From positions 1,440,001 to 1,504,000 of the forward strand of contig OZ250165.1 in the NCBI GenBank assembly GCA_965238005.1: a stretch of 64,000 nt of DNA. Reading direction: 5' to 3'. Positions within the stretch are counted from its first letter, which is position 1, and every line of letters begins with the position of its first letter. The notes below the pieces were generated by a model. That model made no database searches, was not told the origin of the DNA, and saw only the letters and a program-made list of their open reading frames with translations. Positions 21,083-30,730 of the stretch are shown here, piece by piece. Source of the stretch: Longimicrobiales bacterium. GTDB taxonomy: Bacteria; Gemmatimonadota; Gemmatimonadetes; Longimicrobiales; Gaopeijiaceae. A program made the position numbers and the translations under genes.

Positions 21083-23695
21083 ATGCGGGTTGTAGAACTA
21101 GCCAAAGATCTCGGAGTTTCGTCCGAGGTTTTGCTTAGCCTGTTGAGGGCGTTGCACATCCGCGTCCCTGACGAGGATACGTCCATGAGCGACGAGGACG
21201 TGTCGCGGATTCTCGCCCGCCTCGAGCGGGAGCGTCGTGCCGGTCACAAGGACGCGAGCGAGGCGATTCAGGCCGCCATCGAGGACGCCAAGCCTACTGT
21301 GGGCCGGCGTCGGAGGCGCCGGGCGAGTGAAATACCGCCAGAGCCCGAGCCGGAGCAGGAAGAGGCCGAGTCCTCTGAGGAACCCACCGCGAAAGAGGCT
21401 GACGACGTCGCCGCTTCGACCGCTGTGGCCGACGAGGACGCCGAGCCAGAGGAGTCGGCACAGGACGAGGAGTCAGAGGAAGAAGCCGAGGAAGAGGAGC
21501 TCGTAGCCGAGGAAGAGGTGGCTGCAGAGGCCCCTGCCGAGGAGGTTGCAACTGAGGCGCTCGTCGAGACGGCTGAGTTGCCCGTGGCACCGGCTACGCC
21601 GCCGGAGCCCGTTCGCCGGTCCGCGCCCGAGGGACCTGCTCGTGTCATCCGTCGGCCCAAGCCGGGGTCCAACGCAGGCCCTGGCGGGCAGGTTCGCGTG
21701 CAGGCGGAGGGATATACGGCCGACGGCCAGCGGCGGCAGCGCCAGAAAAAGAAGGGTAAGAAGCGCCAGCGCGTCGATCAGAGCGCGGTCCAGGAGAACA
21801 TCCAGCGGGTCATGGCTGAGCTCAAGGGCGGTGGCAAGAAGCGCCGTCGCAAAGGATCCGCGCCCACGAAGGAGGAGCGCGAGGCCGCCGAGGAGGAGGC
21901 ACGTGAGGAGGAGGAGCGCGTGCGGACGACCGTTCGGGTGAACGAGTTCCTCACGGTCTCCGAGCTGTCGGAGCTGGTGGATGTGTCCTCCACCGAGATC
22001 ATCGGCTCCGCGTTCAAGAATCTCGGCCTCATGGTCACGATCAATCAGAGGCTCGACTTCGATCAGATCGAGCTGCTTCTGGATGAGTTCGACTTCACCG
22101 CGGTGCGTGAGGAGGAGTATAGCGTCGACGAGGAAGACGCGATCGAGGAGGACTCTCCAGAGGATCTGGAGCCGCGAGCCCCCGTGGTGACGGTCATGGG
22201 TCACGTGGACCACGGAAAGACGCTCCTGCTCGACAAGATCCGGCGCTCGAACGTCGTGGCTGGAGAGTCGGGAGGCATCACCCAGCACATCGGTGCGTAT
22301 CGCGTGGAGCTGGGTGACGAGCGAAGCATCACTTTCCTGGACACTCCCGGCCACGCGGCGTTCACGGCCATGCGGGCACGAGGCGCCGAGGTCACGGACA
22401 TCGTGATTCTCGTCGTCGCCGCAGACGACTCCGTCATGCCCCAGACCAGAGAGGCCATCAGCCACGCGCGGAATGCGGGCGTACCCATCGTCGTGGCCGT
22501 CAACAAGTGCGATCTACCGGCGGCCGATCCCATGAAGGTCAAGCAGGAGCTTCTGCAGCAGGACGTACAGGTCGAGGAGTTCGGTGGAGACGTCCTGAGC
22601 GGCGACATCTCCGCGAAGACCCGTGAGGGGATCGACGACCTCCTCGAGAAGCTCCTCCTGCAAGCCGAACTCCTGGAGCTCAAGGCGAACCCGAACCGCC
22701 CTGCGAAGGGGATCGTCATCGAAGCTCAGCTCGACGTCGGAAAGGGCCCGGTCGTCTCGGTACTCGTGCAGAAGGGCACGCTGCGCGTCGGGGATTCCTT
22801 CCTGGTCGGGCACTTCGAGGGCCGCGTGCGGGCCATGCTCGACGAGCGGGGCCACCCGGTGAAGGACGTGAGTCCGGGGATTCCAGTGCAGCTCCTCGGG
22901 ACGGCCGGGGTTCCCCAAGCCGGTGACGCGTTCCAGGTGATGGCTGCCGAGAGAGCGAGCGAGATCGCCCAGAGCCGCATGCGTCTCGAGCGGGAGAAGC
23001 AGCTTCGCATCAAGGAGCGGGGCGTCAAGCTGGGCGACTTCTCAGGGCTGCTCGCTTCTGGCCAGGCCGACATGCTCCCCCTCATCATCAAGGCGGACGT
23101 GGACGGCTCGGTGCAGGCCCTATCCGACGCCCTCGAGCAGCTAGGGACCGACGAGGTGAAGGTCCAGATCGTCCATCGGGCGGTAGGGGCCATCAACGAA
23201 GAAGACGTGTTGCTCGCCGGGACGTCCGGCTCGGTCATCATCGGCTTCCGCGTGCGCCCCTACACCAACGCCCGGAAGCATGCCGAGCGAGACGGAGTGG
23301 ACATCCGCATGTACGACGTCATCTACGAGGCCGTGGATGAGGTGCGTGCTGCCCTCGAGGGCATGCTGACACCGGAGCGGAGAGAGACCATTCTCGGTAC
23401 CGCCGAGGTTCGTGAGGTCTTCAAGGTCAGCAAGGTGGGCACCATAGCCGGCTCGCATGTCCTCGAAGGCGTCGTCGATCGGAAGTCCCGTGCACGGCTC
23501 GTGCGTGAAGGAATCGTCGTTTACGAAGGCGAGATCTCCTCTCTCAAGCGCTTCAAGGACGACGCGAAGGAGGTGCGAGAGGGCTTCGAGTGCGGCATCG
23601 GGATCGCCAACTTCAACGACATCAAACTCGGCGACATCATCGAGTGCTACTCGGTCGAGGAAGTGGCTCGCACGCTCGCCGGAGCCGCGGGATAG
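21083..23695 (+). CDS. infB: Translation initiation factor IF-2
   Basis: MGHVDHGKT, GGITQHIGAY, DTPGH, NKCD, SLKRFKDD. Confidence 0.98.
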   Translation: MRVVELAKDLGVSSEVLLSLLRALHIRVPDEDTSMSDEDVSRILARLERERRAGHKDASEAIQAAIEDAKPTVGRRRRRRASEIPPEPEPEQEEAESSEEPTAKEADDVAASTAVADEDAEPEESAQDEESEEEAEEEELVAEEEVAAEAPAEEVATEALVETAELPVAPATPPEPVRRSAPEGPARVIRRPKPGSNAGPGGQVRVQAEGYTADGQRRQRQKKKGKKRQRVDQSAVQENIQRVMAELKGGGKKRRRKGSAPTKEEREAAEEEAREEEERVRTTVRVNEFLTVSELSELVDVSSTEIIGSAFKNLGLMVTINQRLDFDQIELLLDEFDFTAVREEEYSVDEEDAIEEDSPEDLEPRAPVVTVMGHVDHGKTLLLDKIRRSNVVAGESGGITQHIGAYRVELGDERSITFLDTPGHAAFTAMRARGAEVTDIVILVVAADDSVMPQTREAISHARNAGVPIVVAVNKCDLPAADPMKVKQELLQQDVQVEEFGGDVLSGDISAKTREGIDDLLEKLLLQAELLELKANPNRPAKGIVIEAQLDVGKGPVVSVLVQKGTLRVGDSFLVGHFEGRVRAMLDERGHPVKDVSPGIPVQLLGTAGVPQAGDAFQVMAAERASEIAQSRMRLEREKQLRIKERGVKLGDFSGLLASGQADMLPLIIKADVDGSVQALSDALEQLGTDEVKVQIVHRAVGAINEEDVLLAGTSGSVIIGFRVRPYTNARKHAERDGVDIRMYDVIYEAVDEVRAALEGMLTPERRETILGTAEVREVFKVSKVGTIAGSHVLEGVVDRKSRARLVREGIVVYEGEISSLKRFKDDAKEVREGFECGIGIANFNDIKLGDIIECYSVEEVARTLAGAAG

Positions 23696-23758
23696 TGTCC
23701 CGTTACCAAAGTGTCTCGGGCAGTCGAGGGCACGCGAACTTCGGAAACGGAACACTAG
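23693..23758 (-). mobile_element. Internally deleted copy of MITE family A (both ends only)
   Basis: TAGTGTCCCGTTACCAAAGTGTCTCGGGCAGTCGAGGGCACG joined to CGAACTTCGGAAACGGAACACTAG; reverse-complement match to both ends of 26747-26931. Confidence 0.85.
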
Positions 23759-23790
23759 TGTTCCGGGGAAGCCCGTAGGAGGAGCGATAC

Positions 23791-24072
23791 GTGCTGGTGG
23801 CCGTGTGCTCATGGGAGCTCTCGCTTCCGGGATGCGGCTCTCTCAAGGAAAAACGAAGGGTCGTCAAGTCGTTGAAGGACCGCCTCCGCAGTCGGTTCAA
23901 CGTCTCGGTGGCCGAGACCGGCCATCAAGAAGCGTGGACACGGACCCAGTTGTCCGTGGCTCTGGTGACCACCGACGGACGCTTGGCCGAGTCGCTGCTC
24001 TCGAAGGTCGACCGCCTCATCGAACGAGAGACACGCGCCGTCATCCTCTCCAGCAAGAGGGACCTCTATTGA
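23791..24072 (+). CDS. DUF503 (YlxP) family protein
   Basis: SLKEKRRVVKSL..RL..RFNVSVAE; AGGAGG RBS. Confidence 0.9.
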   Translation: MLVAVCSWELSLPGCGSLKEKRRVVKSLKDRLRSRFNVSVAETGHQEAWTRTQLSVALVTTDGRLAESLLSKVDRLIERETRAVILSSKRDLY

Positions 24073-24112
24073 ACCGGCCGGTGTCTCTCATCGGCCACAT
24101 CCTCTAGGATCT

Positions 24113-24508
24113 ATGCCCGACCGACGCCTCGCCCGCCTGAACGAGCAGTTCAGGCGAGAGATCACCGATATCCTGCGTCGGGACGTGCGGGATCCCAGGG
24201 TTAAGGACGTCGTGATAACGGGTGTCGCCGTAACCTCGGACCTGTGGCTCGCTCGCGTCTACGTGCGGGTCGCCGCTGGGGACGAGGAGCGCAAGGAGGC
24301 CATGAAGGGTCTCGATGCCGCGTCCAACTTCATCCGGCGGGAGCTCGGATCCATGCTGCACATCCGTCGCCTTCCCGAGTTGCGCTTCCTGGAGGACGAG
24401 ACTCTCGAGCAGGCCAATCGCATCGAGGAGATCCTTCGCGAGATCCGGCAGCAGCAGCGCCCCGAAACGTCGGGTGAGAGCGCGCAGGTGGAGCCGAGTG
24501 AGGACTGA
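24113..24508 (+). CDS. rbfA: Ribosome-binding factor A
   Basis: VRDPRV, DL..ARVY, R.LPELRF..D. Confidence 0.93.
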   Translation: MPDRRLARLNEQFRREITDILRRDVRDPRVKDVVITGVAVTSDLWLARVYVRVAAGDEERKEAMKGLDAASNFIRRELGSMLHIRRLPELRFLEDETLEQANRIEEILREIRQQQRPETSGESAQVEPSED

Positions 24509-24518
24509 CGCTTTCGAG

Positions 24519-25415
24519 ATGCCAGAACGAGGCGGAGCCTTCCTGGTGGACAAGCCCCCGGGACCCACGTCCCACGACGTGGTGGCCTGGGCGCGTAAGG
24601 GACTGGGCACGAGGCGCGTCGGACATACCGGAACCCTCGACCCCTTCGCGTCGGGACTGTTGATCCTCCTCTTCGGACCGGCGACCCGCTTGGCCGAGTA
24701 CCTCTCGGGCCTTCCCAAGACCTATACGGCCAAGGCCCGGCTGGGGATTAGAACGGACACCCACGACTCCCAAGGCCGGGTCGTGGAGCCGGAGGGGGAG
24801 TGGCAGACGATCGGCCGCGATGACGTCTCGTCGGAGCTGGCGCGCTTTCAGGGCCGGATCGAGCAGGTGCCACCGCAGTTCTCGGCGAAGAAGATCGGCG
24901 GGGAGGCCATGTACAGGAAGGCTAGGCGAGGTGACAGGGTTGAGCTGAGTCCCGTGGCCGTGGAGATCTCGGGCATCCGCCTGACCGAGTTCGATCCTCC
25001 CGACCTCTCCTTCGAGGTGACGTGCTCAGCCGGCACGTACATCCGTGCTCTGGCCAGAGACGTAGGTGAAGGTCTCGGTGTCGGGGCCCACCTCACCGCC
25101 CTGCGCCGGACATGGGTGGGGGACTTCTCGGTCGAAGGAGCCATGCCGGGCGAGGCGCTCCGAGAGGGTGCCCCTCCCACCCCTGGCCAGTGGATCGAGG
25201 CGCGTGAGGCACTCCGTCATCTCACCACGGTGGAGGTGCCGGCCGACGGGGCTTTGCGCCTTCGTCAGGGAGGTAGAATTCCGCTGCCAGAAGCCGGGTT
25301 GGAGTGCGAGAAGCCCATCGCCGTCCTCGACGATGTGGGCCTACTGGGGATCGCCGAAGTGCGAGAGGGCCAGCTGGCGCCGAGGAAGATGCTCCAGGGT
25401 CCCGCGACGTCATGA
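24519..25415 (+). CDS. truB: tRNA pseudouridine(55) synthase
   Basis: DKPPGPTSHDVV, GHTGTLDPFASG, QVPPQFSAKK, CSAGTYIRAL; start 24519 or GTG 24498. Confidence 0.95.
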   Translation: MPERGGAFLVDKPPGPTSHDVVAWARKGLGTRRVGHTGTLDPFASGLLILLFGPATRLAEYLSGLPKTYTAKARLGIRTDTHDSQGRVVEPEGEWQTIGRDDVSSELARFQGRIEQVPPQFSAKKIGGEAMYRKARRGDRVELSPVAVEISGIRLTEFDPPDLSFEVTCSAGTYIRALARDVGEGLGVGAHLTALRRTWVGDFSVEGAMPGEALREGAPPTPGQWIEAREALRHLTTVEVPADGALRLRQGGRIPLPEAGLECEKPIAVLDDVGLLGIAEVREGQLAPRKMLQGPATS

Positions 25416-26365
25416 CCGGTTATGCCATCGACCCGGCTCTGCCGTCGGGCCTCCCGTTGGATGGCAGAGGGACGGTGGTCACCATCGGCACCTTTGACGG
25501 GGTCCACCGGGGCCACTGGGAGGTCCTCTCCGAGATCCGGCGGAGGGCGGAGGAGACCGGCCGCCGGAGCGTGCTCGTGACCTTCCACCCGCATCCTCTC
25601 ACCATCGTCCGCCCGGAACTGGCTCCCCCCATGCTCACCACGCCGGTGGAGAAGAAGGAGATCCTGGCGGAGTCGGGGCTTGACTACGCCGTCTTCCTTC
25701 CGTTCACGCCGGTGCTGGCCCGGTACTCGCCCCGGCGCTTCGTGGAGGAGATCCTCGTGGGCCGCCTCGGCGTCAAGGAGTTGGTGGTGGGATACGACCA
25801 CCACTTCGGGCGGGGGCGAACCGGCGACGCCGAGACTCTGCGCGGTCTCGGCTCGGAGCTGGGCTTCGAGGTCGATGTCGTAGGTCCGGTGGGCGCACAG
25901 GAACGTCCCATCTCGTCCACGCGCATCCGAAGGGCCCTCCTAGAGGGCGACATGAGTTCGGCCCGCGAGGCCCTGGGTCGTCCATACTCGCTCCGAGGAT
26001 TGGTGGTCCGGGGGGATCAGCGGGGGCGAACCCTGGGCTTTCCCACGGCCAACCTGGAAGTGAGAGGTGGTGGGGTAGGGCAGAAGCTCGTTCCGCCCCC
26101 GGGCATCTATGCCGTCATGGGAATTCTCCGCTCGGGGACGTACGGAGGAGCCCTCCATCTGGGTCCGCGACCTACGTTCCGTGGGTCACCACCCACCATC
26201 GAGATACACCTGTTTGACTTCGATGAGGACATCTACGGCGAGGAGGTCCGCGTTGATTTCGTGCGCTATCTCCGCGAGATCCGTCCCTTCGATTCGCAAC
26301 GGGCCCTGGTAGATCAGATGCGCGAAGATGTGGAGGAGGCCCGGGAGGTCCTGGCGGAAACGTAA
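25412..26365 (+). CDS. ribF: Riboflavin kinase / FAD synthetase
   Basis: [33 protein letters not shown]. Confidence 0.95.
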   Translation: MTGYAIDPALPSGLPLDGRGTVVTIGTFDGVHRGHWEVLSEIRRRAEETGRRSVLVTFHPHPLTIVRPELAPPMLTTPVEKKEILAESGLDYAVFLPFTPVLARYSPRRFVEEILVGRLGVKELVVGYDHHFGRGRTGDAETLRGLGSELGFEVDVVGPVGAQERPISSTRIRRALLEGDMSSAREALGRPYSLRGLVVRGDQRGRTLGFPTANLEVRGGGVGQKLVPPPGIYAVMGILRSGTYGGALHLGPRPTFRGSPPTIEIHLFDFDEDIYGEEVRVDFVRYLREIRPFDSQRALVDQMREDVEEAREVLAET

Positions 26366-26489
26366 CGCCGTAGATCCACTGAGCCGGGCCGTTGTTGCTC
26401 TACTACGCTTCCGCTACCTTAAAAGGCTATTCGTAATACACGAACAAGCTTCCCCTGAAGCGCAGACTCTTGCGGAGGCACACGCAGAC

Positions 26490-26750
26490 GTGACGATCAA
26501 CAGAGCAGAGATCATTCAGAAGCACCAGCTCCACGAGGGAGACGTCGGGAGCGGCCCGGTCCAGGCCGCGATCCTGACAGCTCGCATCAATGATCTCAGG
26601 TCACACTTCGATAACCACAAGAAGGACCATCATAGCCGCCGAGGCCTCCTGAAGATGGTTGGACGCCGCCGCCGGCTGTTGGAGTACGTGAAGCGCACGG
26701 ACGTGGAGCGCTACCGCGAGCTCATCGCGGACCTCGGACTCCGTCACTAG
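26490..26750 (+). CDS. rpsO: 30S ribosomal protein S15
   Basis: [25 protein letters not shown] start after GGAGG. Confidence 0.97.
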   Translation: MTINRAEIIQKHQLHEGDVGSGPVQAAILTARINDLRSHFDNHKKDHHSRRGLLKMVGRRRRLLEYVKRTDVERYRELIADLGLRH

Positions 26751-26931
26751 TGTTCCGTTTCCGAAGTTCGCGAGCCACCAAGAGGCCGAGGCGCCGTGGG
26801 ATCAAGGCGGGAACACTCGGCGTAGCGCAAGCGGGCACCGCGCGAAGCATGGGCGCAAGGAGCTCCAACGCCGAGCCCACGGATGCACCGTGCCCTCGAC
26901 TGGCCGAGACACTTTGCTAACGGGACACTAG
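26747..26931 (+). mobile_element. MITE-like element family A (about 185 bp)
   Basis: Imperfect terminal inverted repeats CTAGTGTTCCGTTTCCGAAGT / ACTTTGCTAACGGGACACTAG, nested internal stems, related copies at 23693 and 46835, no transposase. Confidence 0.82.
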
Positions 26932-26952
26932 AGGCCTGTTGAAGAAGTGGGG
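26928..26952 (+). repeat. Left-end remnant of a family-B-like MITE
   Basis: CTAGAGGCCTGTTGAAGAAGTGGGG; 21/22 inverted match to 50883-50904 and similar to the TIR at 57985. Confidence 0.65.
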
Positions 26953-27192
26953 ATGACGGACACGAAACAGCGACCGCACAGGTCGGTCGCCGTTTCGGCT
27001 TAGGACAGCAGGACCCCTGGAGAATCGGCCCAACCAAATGGCTGCAATCGGTCGGGGCACGCCGTGCCCTGCATTGCGGCGGTCGATCTCTCTTAGGAGC
27101 CTGCTCGCTCGACCCGGTCGGGAAGGCCCCGACGGGCGAAACGAAGTGGGACGGGGTGGTCCCGTTCGACTGAAAGCAGAAAAAAGAGAGAG

Positions 27193-29349
27193 ATGATCCA
27201 GAGAATCGAACGCCAGTTCGCGGGGCGGACTCTGAGCCTCGAGTTTGGGCGGATGGCCAAGCTCGCGCAGGGCTCCTGCCTCGTACAGTTTGGTGACACC
27301 GTGGTGCTTTGCGCCGCCACGGTCCAAGACAAATCCACCCACCTACCGTTTTTCCCCCTGACCATCGAGTACAGGGAAAAGAGCTACGCAGCCGGGAAGA
27401 TCCCCGGCGGCTTCTTCAAGCGGGAGGGACGCCCAGGAGAGAACGAGGTCCTCGCGGCGCGCCTCACCGACCGTCCGCTCAGGCCCCTGTTCCCTTCGGG
27501 ATTCATGCACGAGACCCAGGTCGCGTGTTTCATCCTGAGCGCCGACCAGGAAAACTCGGCGGATGTGCTGGCCCTGCTCGGAGCCTCGGTGGCCTTGAAC
27601 ATGTCCAAGATTCCGTTCAACACGTTGGTCGCTTCCGTGCGCATCGGGCGCATTCGGGACACATGGGTGCTGAACCCCACGTTCCAGCAGCTCGAGTATT
27701 CGGACGTGGACGTCGTGGTAGCCGGGAGGGAGGACGCCCTCCTCATGGTCGAAGGAGGTGCGGTCGAGGTTCCGGAGGCCGAGATCCTCGAGGGACTCGA
27801 GATCGCCCACCAGGGCATCAGGGAGCTCATCGATATCCAGAAGGAGCTCCTGGAGGGCCACAGGGTCCCCGACATGGAGTGGTCCTCCGTCGAGCCGGAG
27901 CAGGTCCTGGCCGACCGGGTGACCGAGATGGCGGAGAGCCGCATCGAGGAGGCGCTGACGCTCTCGGACAAGGGCGAGCGCAATCAGGCCATGGCGGCCG
28001 TGGCCGAGGATGTGATCGGGCGACTGGTCGAAGAGGACGAGGCATACTCCGAGCACGAGAAGTCCATCAAGGAGGTGCTCCGCGGCATCGAGAAGAAGTC
28101 GATGCGAAGGCGCATTCTGGAGCAGGGCGAGCGCGCCGACGGGCGAGGCCTCGAAGAGGTCCGCTCCATCACGTCCGAGGTGGGAGTCCTACCCCGAACC
28201 CACGGCTCCGCGCTCTTCACCCGGGGTCAGACGCAGGCCCTCGTCGTGACGACTCTCGGCACGTCCCGGGACGAGCAGCGCATCGACTCCATCGACACGG
28301 CCGAAGAGGTCACCAAGTCGTTCATGCTGCACTACAACTTCCCGCCCTTCTCCGTGGGCGAGGCGAGGCCCTTCCGAGGAACGTCGAGGCGTGAGCAGGG
28401 TCACGGGGCCCTGGCCGAGCGGGCCATCCGTCCGCTGCTTCCGGCCTACGACGACTTCCCGTACACGATTCGAATCGTCTCCGATATCCTCGAGTCGAAT
28501 GGGTCGTCTTCGATGGCTTCCGTCTGCGGCGCCTCGCTGGCGCTCATGGACGCGGGCGCGCCCATCAAGGCCGCGTGTGCGGGTGTTGCCATGGGCCTGA
28601 TCAAGGAGGGCGACGATGTCGCCATCCTGACGGACATCCTGGGGATCGAAGACGCCCTGGGGGACATGGACTTCAAGGTCGCGGGCACGCGTGACGGGGT
28701 CACGTCCATCCAGATGGACATCAAGATCGACGGGCTCACCCAAGAGATCCTCAAGACCGCCCTCGAGCGGGCGCACGTTGGCCGCATGCATATCCTCGAC
28801 ATCATGGATCAGGCGTTGGCCGAGCCGCGGAGCGACCTCTCTCAGTACGCGCCACGCATCGTGTCGATCCAGATCAACCCCTCGAAGATTGGCGACATCA
28901 TCGGACCGAAGGGGAAAACCATCCGGGCCATACAGGAGGAGTCCGGGGCGAAGATCGACATCGACGACACGGGTCTGGTCAAGATCGCGGCCGTATCCGG
29001 AGAGGCCGGGGCGAGAGCTCGCGAGATGATCGAGGCAATCGTCCAGGAGCCCGACGTCGGCAGGATCTACGAGGGCCCGGTGAAGAACACAACTTCGTTC
29101 GGTGCCTTCATCGAGATCCTCCCCGGCGTGGAAGGTCTGTGCCACATCTCCGAGCTCGAAGACCGGAGGGTGGAGAAGACCGAGGACGTTCTGAAGGTGG
29201 GAGAAATCACGCGTGTGAAGCTCCTCTCCATCGATGAGAAGGGTCGCCTCCGTCTGTCCCGGAAGGCCGCCATGGCCGAGGACGCCCTCGGGGCGTCCAA
29301 GGACGCCGAGCCCAGCGAGGACCGGGAGGTCGAGGAGGCACTGAGCTGA
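27193..29349 (+). CDS. pnp: Polyribonucleotide nucleotidyltransferase
   Basis: FFPLT, GKIPGGFFKREGRP, RTHGSALFTRGQTQ, ESNGSSSMAS, GDMDFKVAG, KH and S1 domains. Confidence 0.98.
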   Translation: MIQRIERQFAGRTLSLEFGRMAKLAQGSCLVQFGDTVVLCAATVQDKSTHLPFFPLTIEYREKSYAAGKIPGGFFKREGRPGENEVLAARLTDRPLRPLFPSGFMHETQVACFILSADQENSADVLALLGASVALNMSKIPFNTLVASVRIGRIRDTWVLNPTFQQLEYSDVDVVVAGREDALLMVEGGAVEVPEAEILEGLEIAHQGIRELIDIQKELLEGHRVPDMEWSSVEPEQVLADRVTEMAESRIEEALTLSDKGERNQAMAAVAEDVIGRLVEEDEAYSEHEKSIKEVLRGIEKKSMRRRILEQGERADGRGLEEVRSITSEVGVLPRTHGSALFTRGQTQALVVTTLGTSRDEQRIDSIDTAEEVTKSFMLHYNFPPFSVGEARPFRGTSRREQGHGALAERAIRPLLPAYDDFPYTIRIVSDILESNGSSSMASVCGASLALMDAGAPIKAACAGVAMGLIKEGDDVAILTDILGIEDALGDMDFKVAGTRDGVTSIQMDIKIDGLTQEILKTALERAHVGRMHILDIMDQALAEPRSDLSQYAPRIVSIQINPSKIGDIIGPKGKTIRAIQEESGAKIDIDDTGLVKIAAVSGEAGARAREMIEAIVQEPDVGRIYEGPVKNTTSFGAFIEILPGVEGLCHISELEDRRVEKTEDVLKVGEITRVKLLSIDEKGRLRLSRKAAMAEDALGASKDAEPSEDREVEEALS

Positions 29350-29372
29350 CCGACCATCGCTCGGTAGTACTC

Positions 29373-29409
29373 CCAGGGGGGTGTGGGCCGTGGGCCCATG
29401 CCCCCCTGG
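29373..29409 (+). terminator. GC-rich hairpin between pnp and the M16 peptidase
   Basis: CCAGGGGGGTGTGGGCC-GTG-GGCCCATGCCCCCCTGG, 17-bp stem with two GU pairs; no clean U-tract. Confidence 0.45.
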
Positions 29410-29436
29410 ACCTTTAGCGGGAGGTGTCCCACACCC

Positions 29437-30654
29437 ATGCGTGAGACCCGCCTCGACAACGGAGTACGCCTCGTAACGGAGCGCATTCCCGGAGTGCGCT
29501 CCGTCACCGCAGGCGTGTGGCTGAAGCATGGCTCGGCCCATGAGTCGTCGAGCGTTCTGGGGATCAGCCACCTTCTGGAGCACCTCGTGTTCAAGGGCAC
29601 CGAGCGACGCAGCGCGCACGAGATCGCTCTTTCACTGGAGTCGCTGGGGGGCGCGCTGGACGCCTACACGAACCGGGAGCACACCAGCTATCAGGCCCGG
29701 GTCCTGGACGAGCATCTGCCAGAGGCATTCGACGTGCTTGCGGATCTCGTGCTGCACCCGCGCCTCGACCCGATGGACCTGGAGCTGGAACGCGGGGTGG
29801 TGTTGGAGGAGATCGCCAGCGTGGAGGACACGCCCGACGACCTGATCTTCGATCTGTACGGCGTACGCTTCTGGAACGGGCACCCCTATGGCCAGGCGAT
29901 CCTCGGCACCCGCGAGACCGTAAATGCCCTCGAAATCGAGGATGTGCGTAGGCTCCACGCCGACGAATATCGAGGGGGCAACATCGTGGTGGCCTGCGCG
30001 GGAAACGTCGAGCACGAGGTCGTCGCCGATCACGTAGCCCGGCTCTTCGGGCCGGCTCCCGCGGGAGATCCCTGTCCGGAGATCGACCCGCCGAGCGGAA
30101 ACGCAACGGGACGCGACACAGTGCTTCGCGATACCACCCAGGCTCATCTGGTCGTCGGCAACCGAACACCGCCCTACACGGATCCGGTGCGCGAGGCGCT
30201 GATCCTCATCTCGGGCGCGTTCGGAGGGGGCATGAGCTCCCGGCTCTTCCAGCGAATTCGAGAGGAGATGGCCTTGGCCTACTCGGTCTTCGCGTACCAG
30301 TCGTTCTATAGCCTGGCCGGCAGCGCCGGCGTATATGTCGGTACCCGGCCGGAGGCCCTGGAACAGGCCCTTGACGCCATTCTGGCGGAGTATCGTCTGC
30401 TTCATGGAGAGGGCCTCACGGCGCTGGAACTGGAACGGGCCAAGAATCAAGGAAAGGGGCATATGATCCTCTCCATGGAGTCCACCGGAGCTCGGCTTCT
30501 GCGCCTGGCGGGCTTCGCCCTGCGGGGGGAGCCCTACCAGGAGCTGGACGAGTCGTTGGCCCGAGTCGATGCCGTCACTCTGGACGAGGTGAACGAGGCG
30601 TGCGCCCGGTTCTTCGACCCGGAAGACCAATACGTTCTGAGCCTGGGTCCGTGA
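29437..30654 (+). CDS. M16 (pitrilysin) family zinc peptidase
   Basis: HLLEH inverted zinc motif, GGGMSSRLFQ.IRE. Confidence 0.92.
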   Translation: MRETRLDNGVRLVTERIPGVRSVTAGVWLKHGSAHESSSVLGISHLLEHLVFKGTERRSAHEIALSLESLGGALDAYTNREHTSYQARVLDEHLPEAFDVLADLVLHPRLDPMDLELERGVVLEEIASVEDTPDDLIFDLYGVRFWNGHPYGQAILGTRETVNALEIEDVRRLHADEYRGGNIVVACAGNVEHEVVADHVARLFGPAPAGDPCPEIDPPSGNATGRDTVLRDTTQAHLVVGNRTPPYTDPVREALILISGAFGGGMSSRLFQRIREEMALAYSVFAYQSFYSLAGSAGVYVGTRPEALEQALDAILAEYRLLHGEGLTALELERAKNQGKGHMILSMESTGARLLRLAGFALRGEPYQELDESLARVDAVTLDEVNEACARFFDPEDQYVLSLGP

Positions 30655-30730
30655 GGTCGCCTCCGCTGGGCTGATTCAGTAGCTTTTGTGGCCGACAAAA
30701 CCCGAAAACATCACACCAACCCCATATGTC

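Noticed and set aside
20430..21560. Acidic low-complexity tracts in the NusA tail and IF-2 N-terminus
   Set aside because: Common disordered extensions, not DNA repeats or a separate system
26400..26490. Possible S15 autoregulatory leader
   Set aside because: No structure I could match with confidence to known S15 leaders; needs a covariance search
26747..26931. Structured segment as a tRNA or CRISPR unit
   Set aside because: No T-loop/anticodon cloverleaf and no regularly spaced repeat-spacer pattern
27105..27175. Hairpins plus CGAAAC as a possible hammerhead ribozyme
   Set aside because: No CUGAnGA core in the required position
28189..29619. 476-aa minus-strand ORF (and similar ones opposite proS, gatB and mrdA)
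   Set aside because: Antisense to well-supported housekeeping genes
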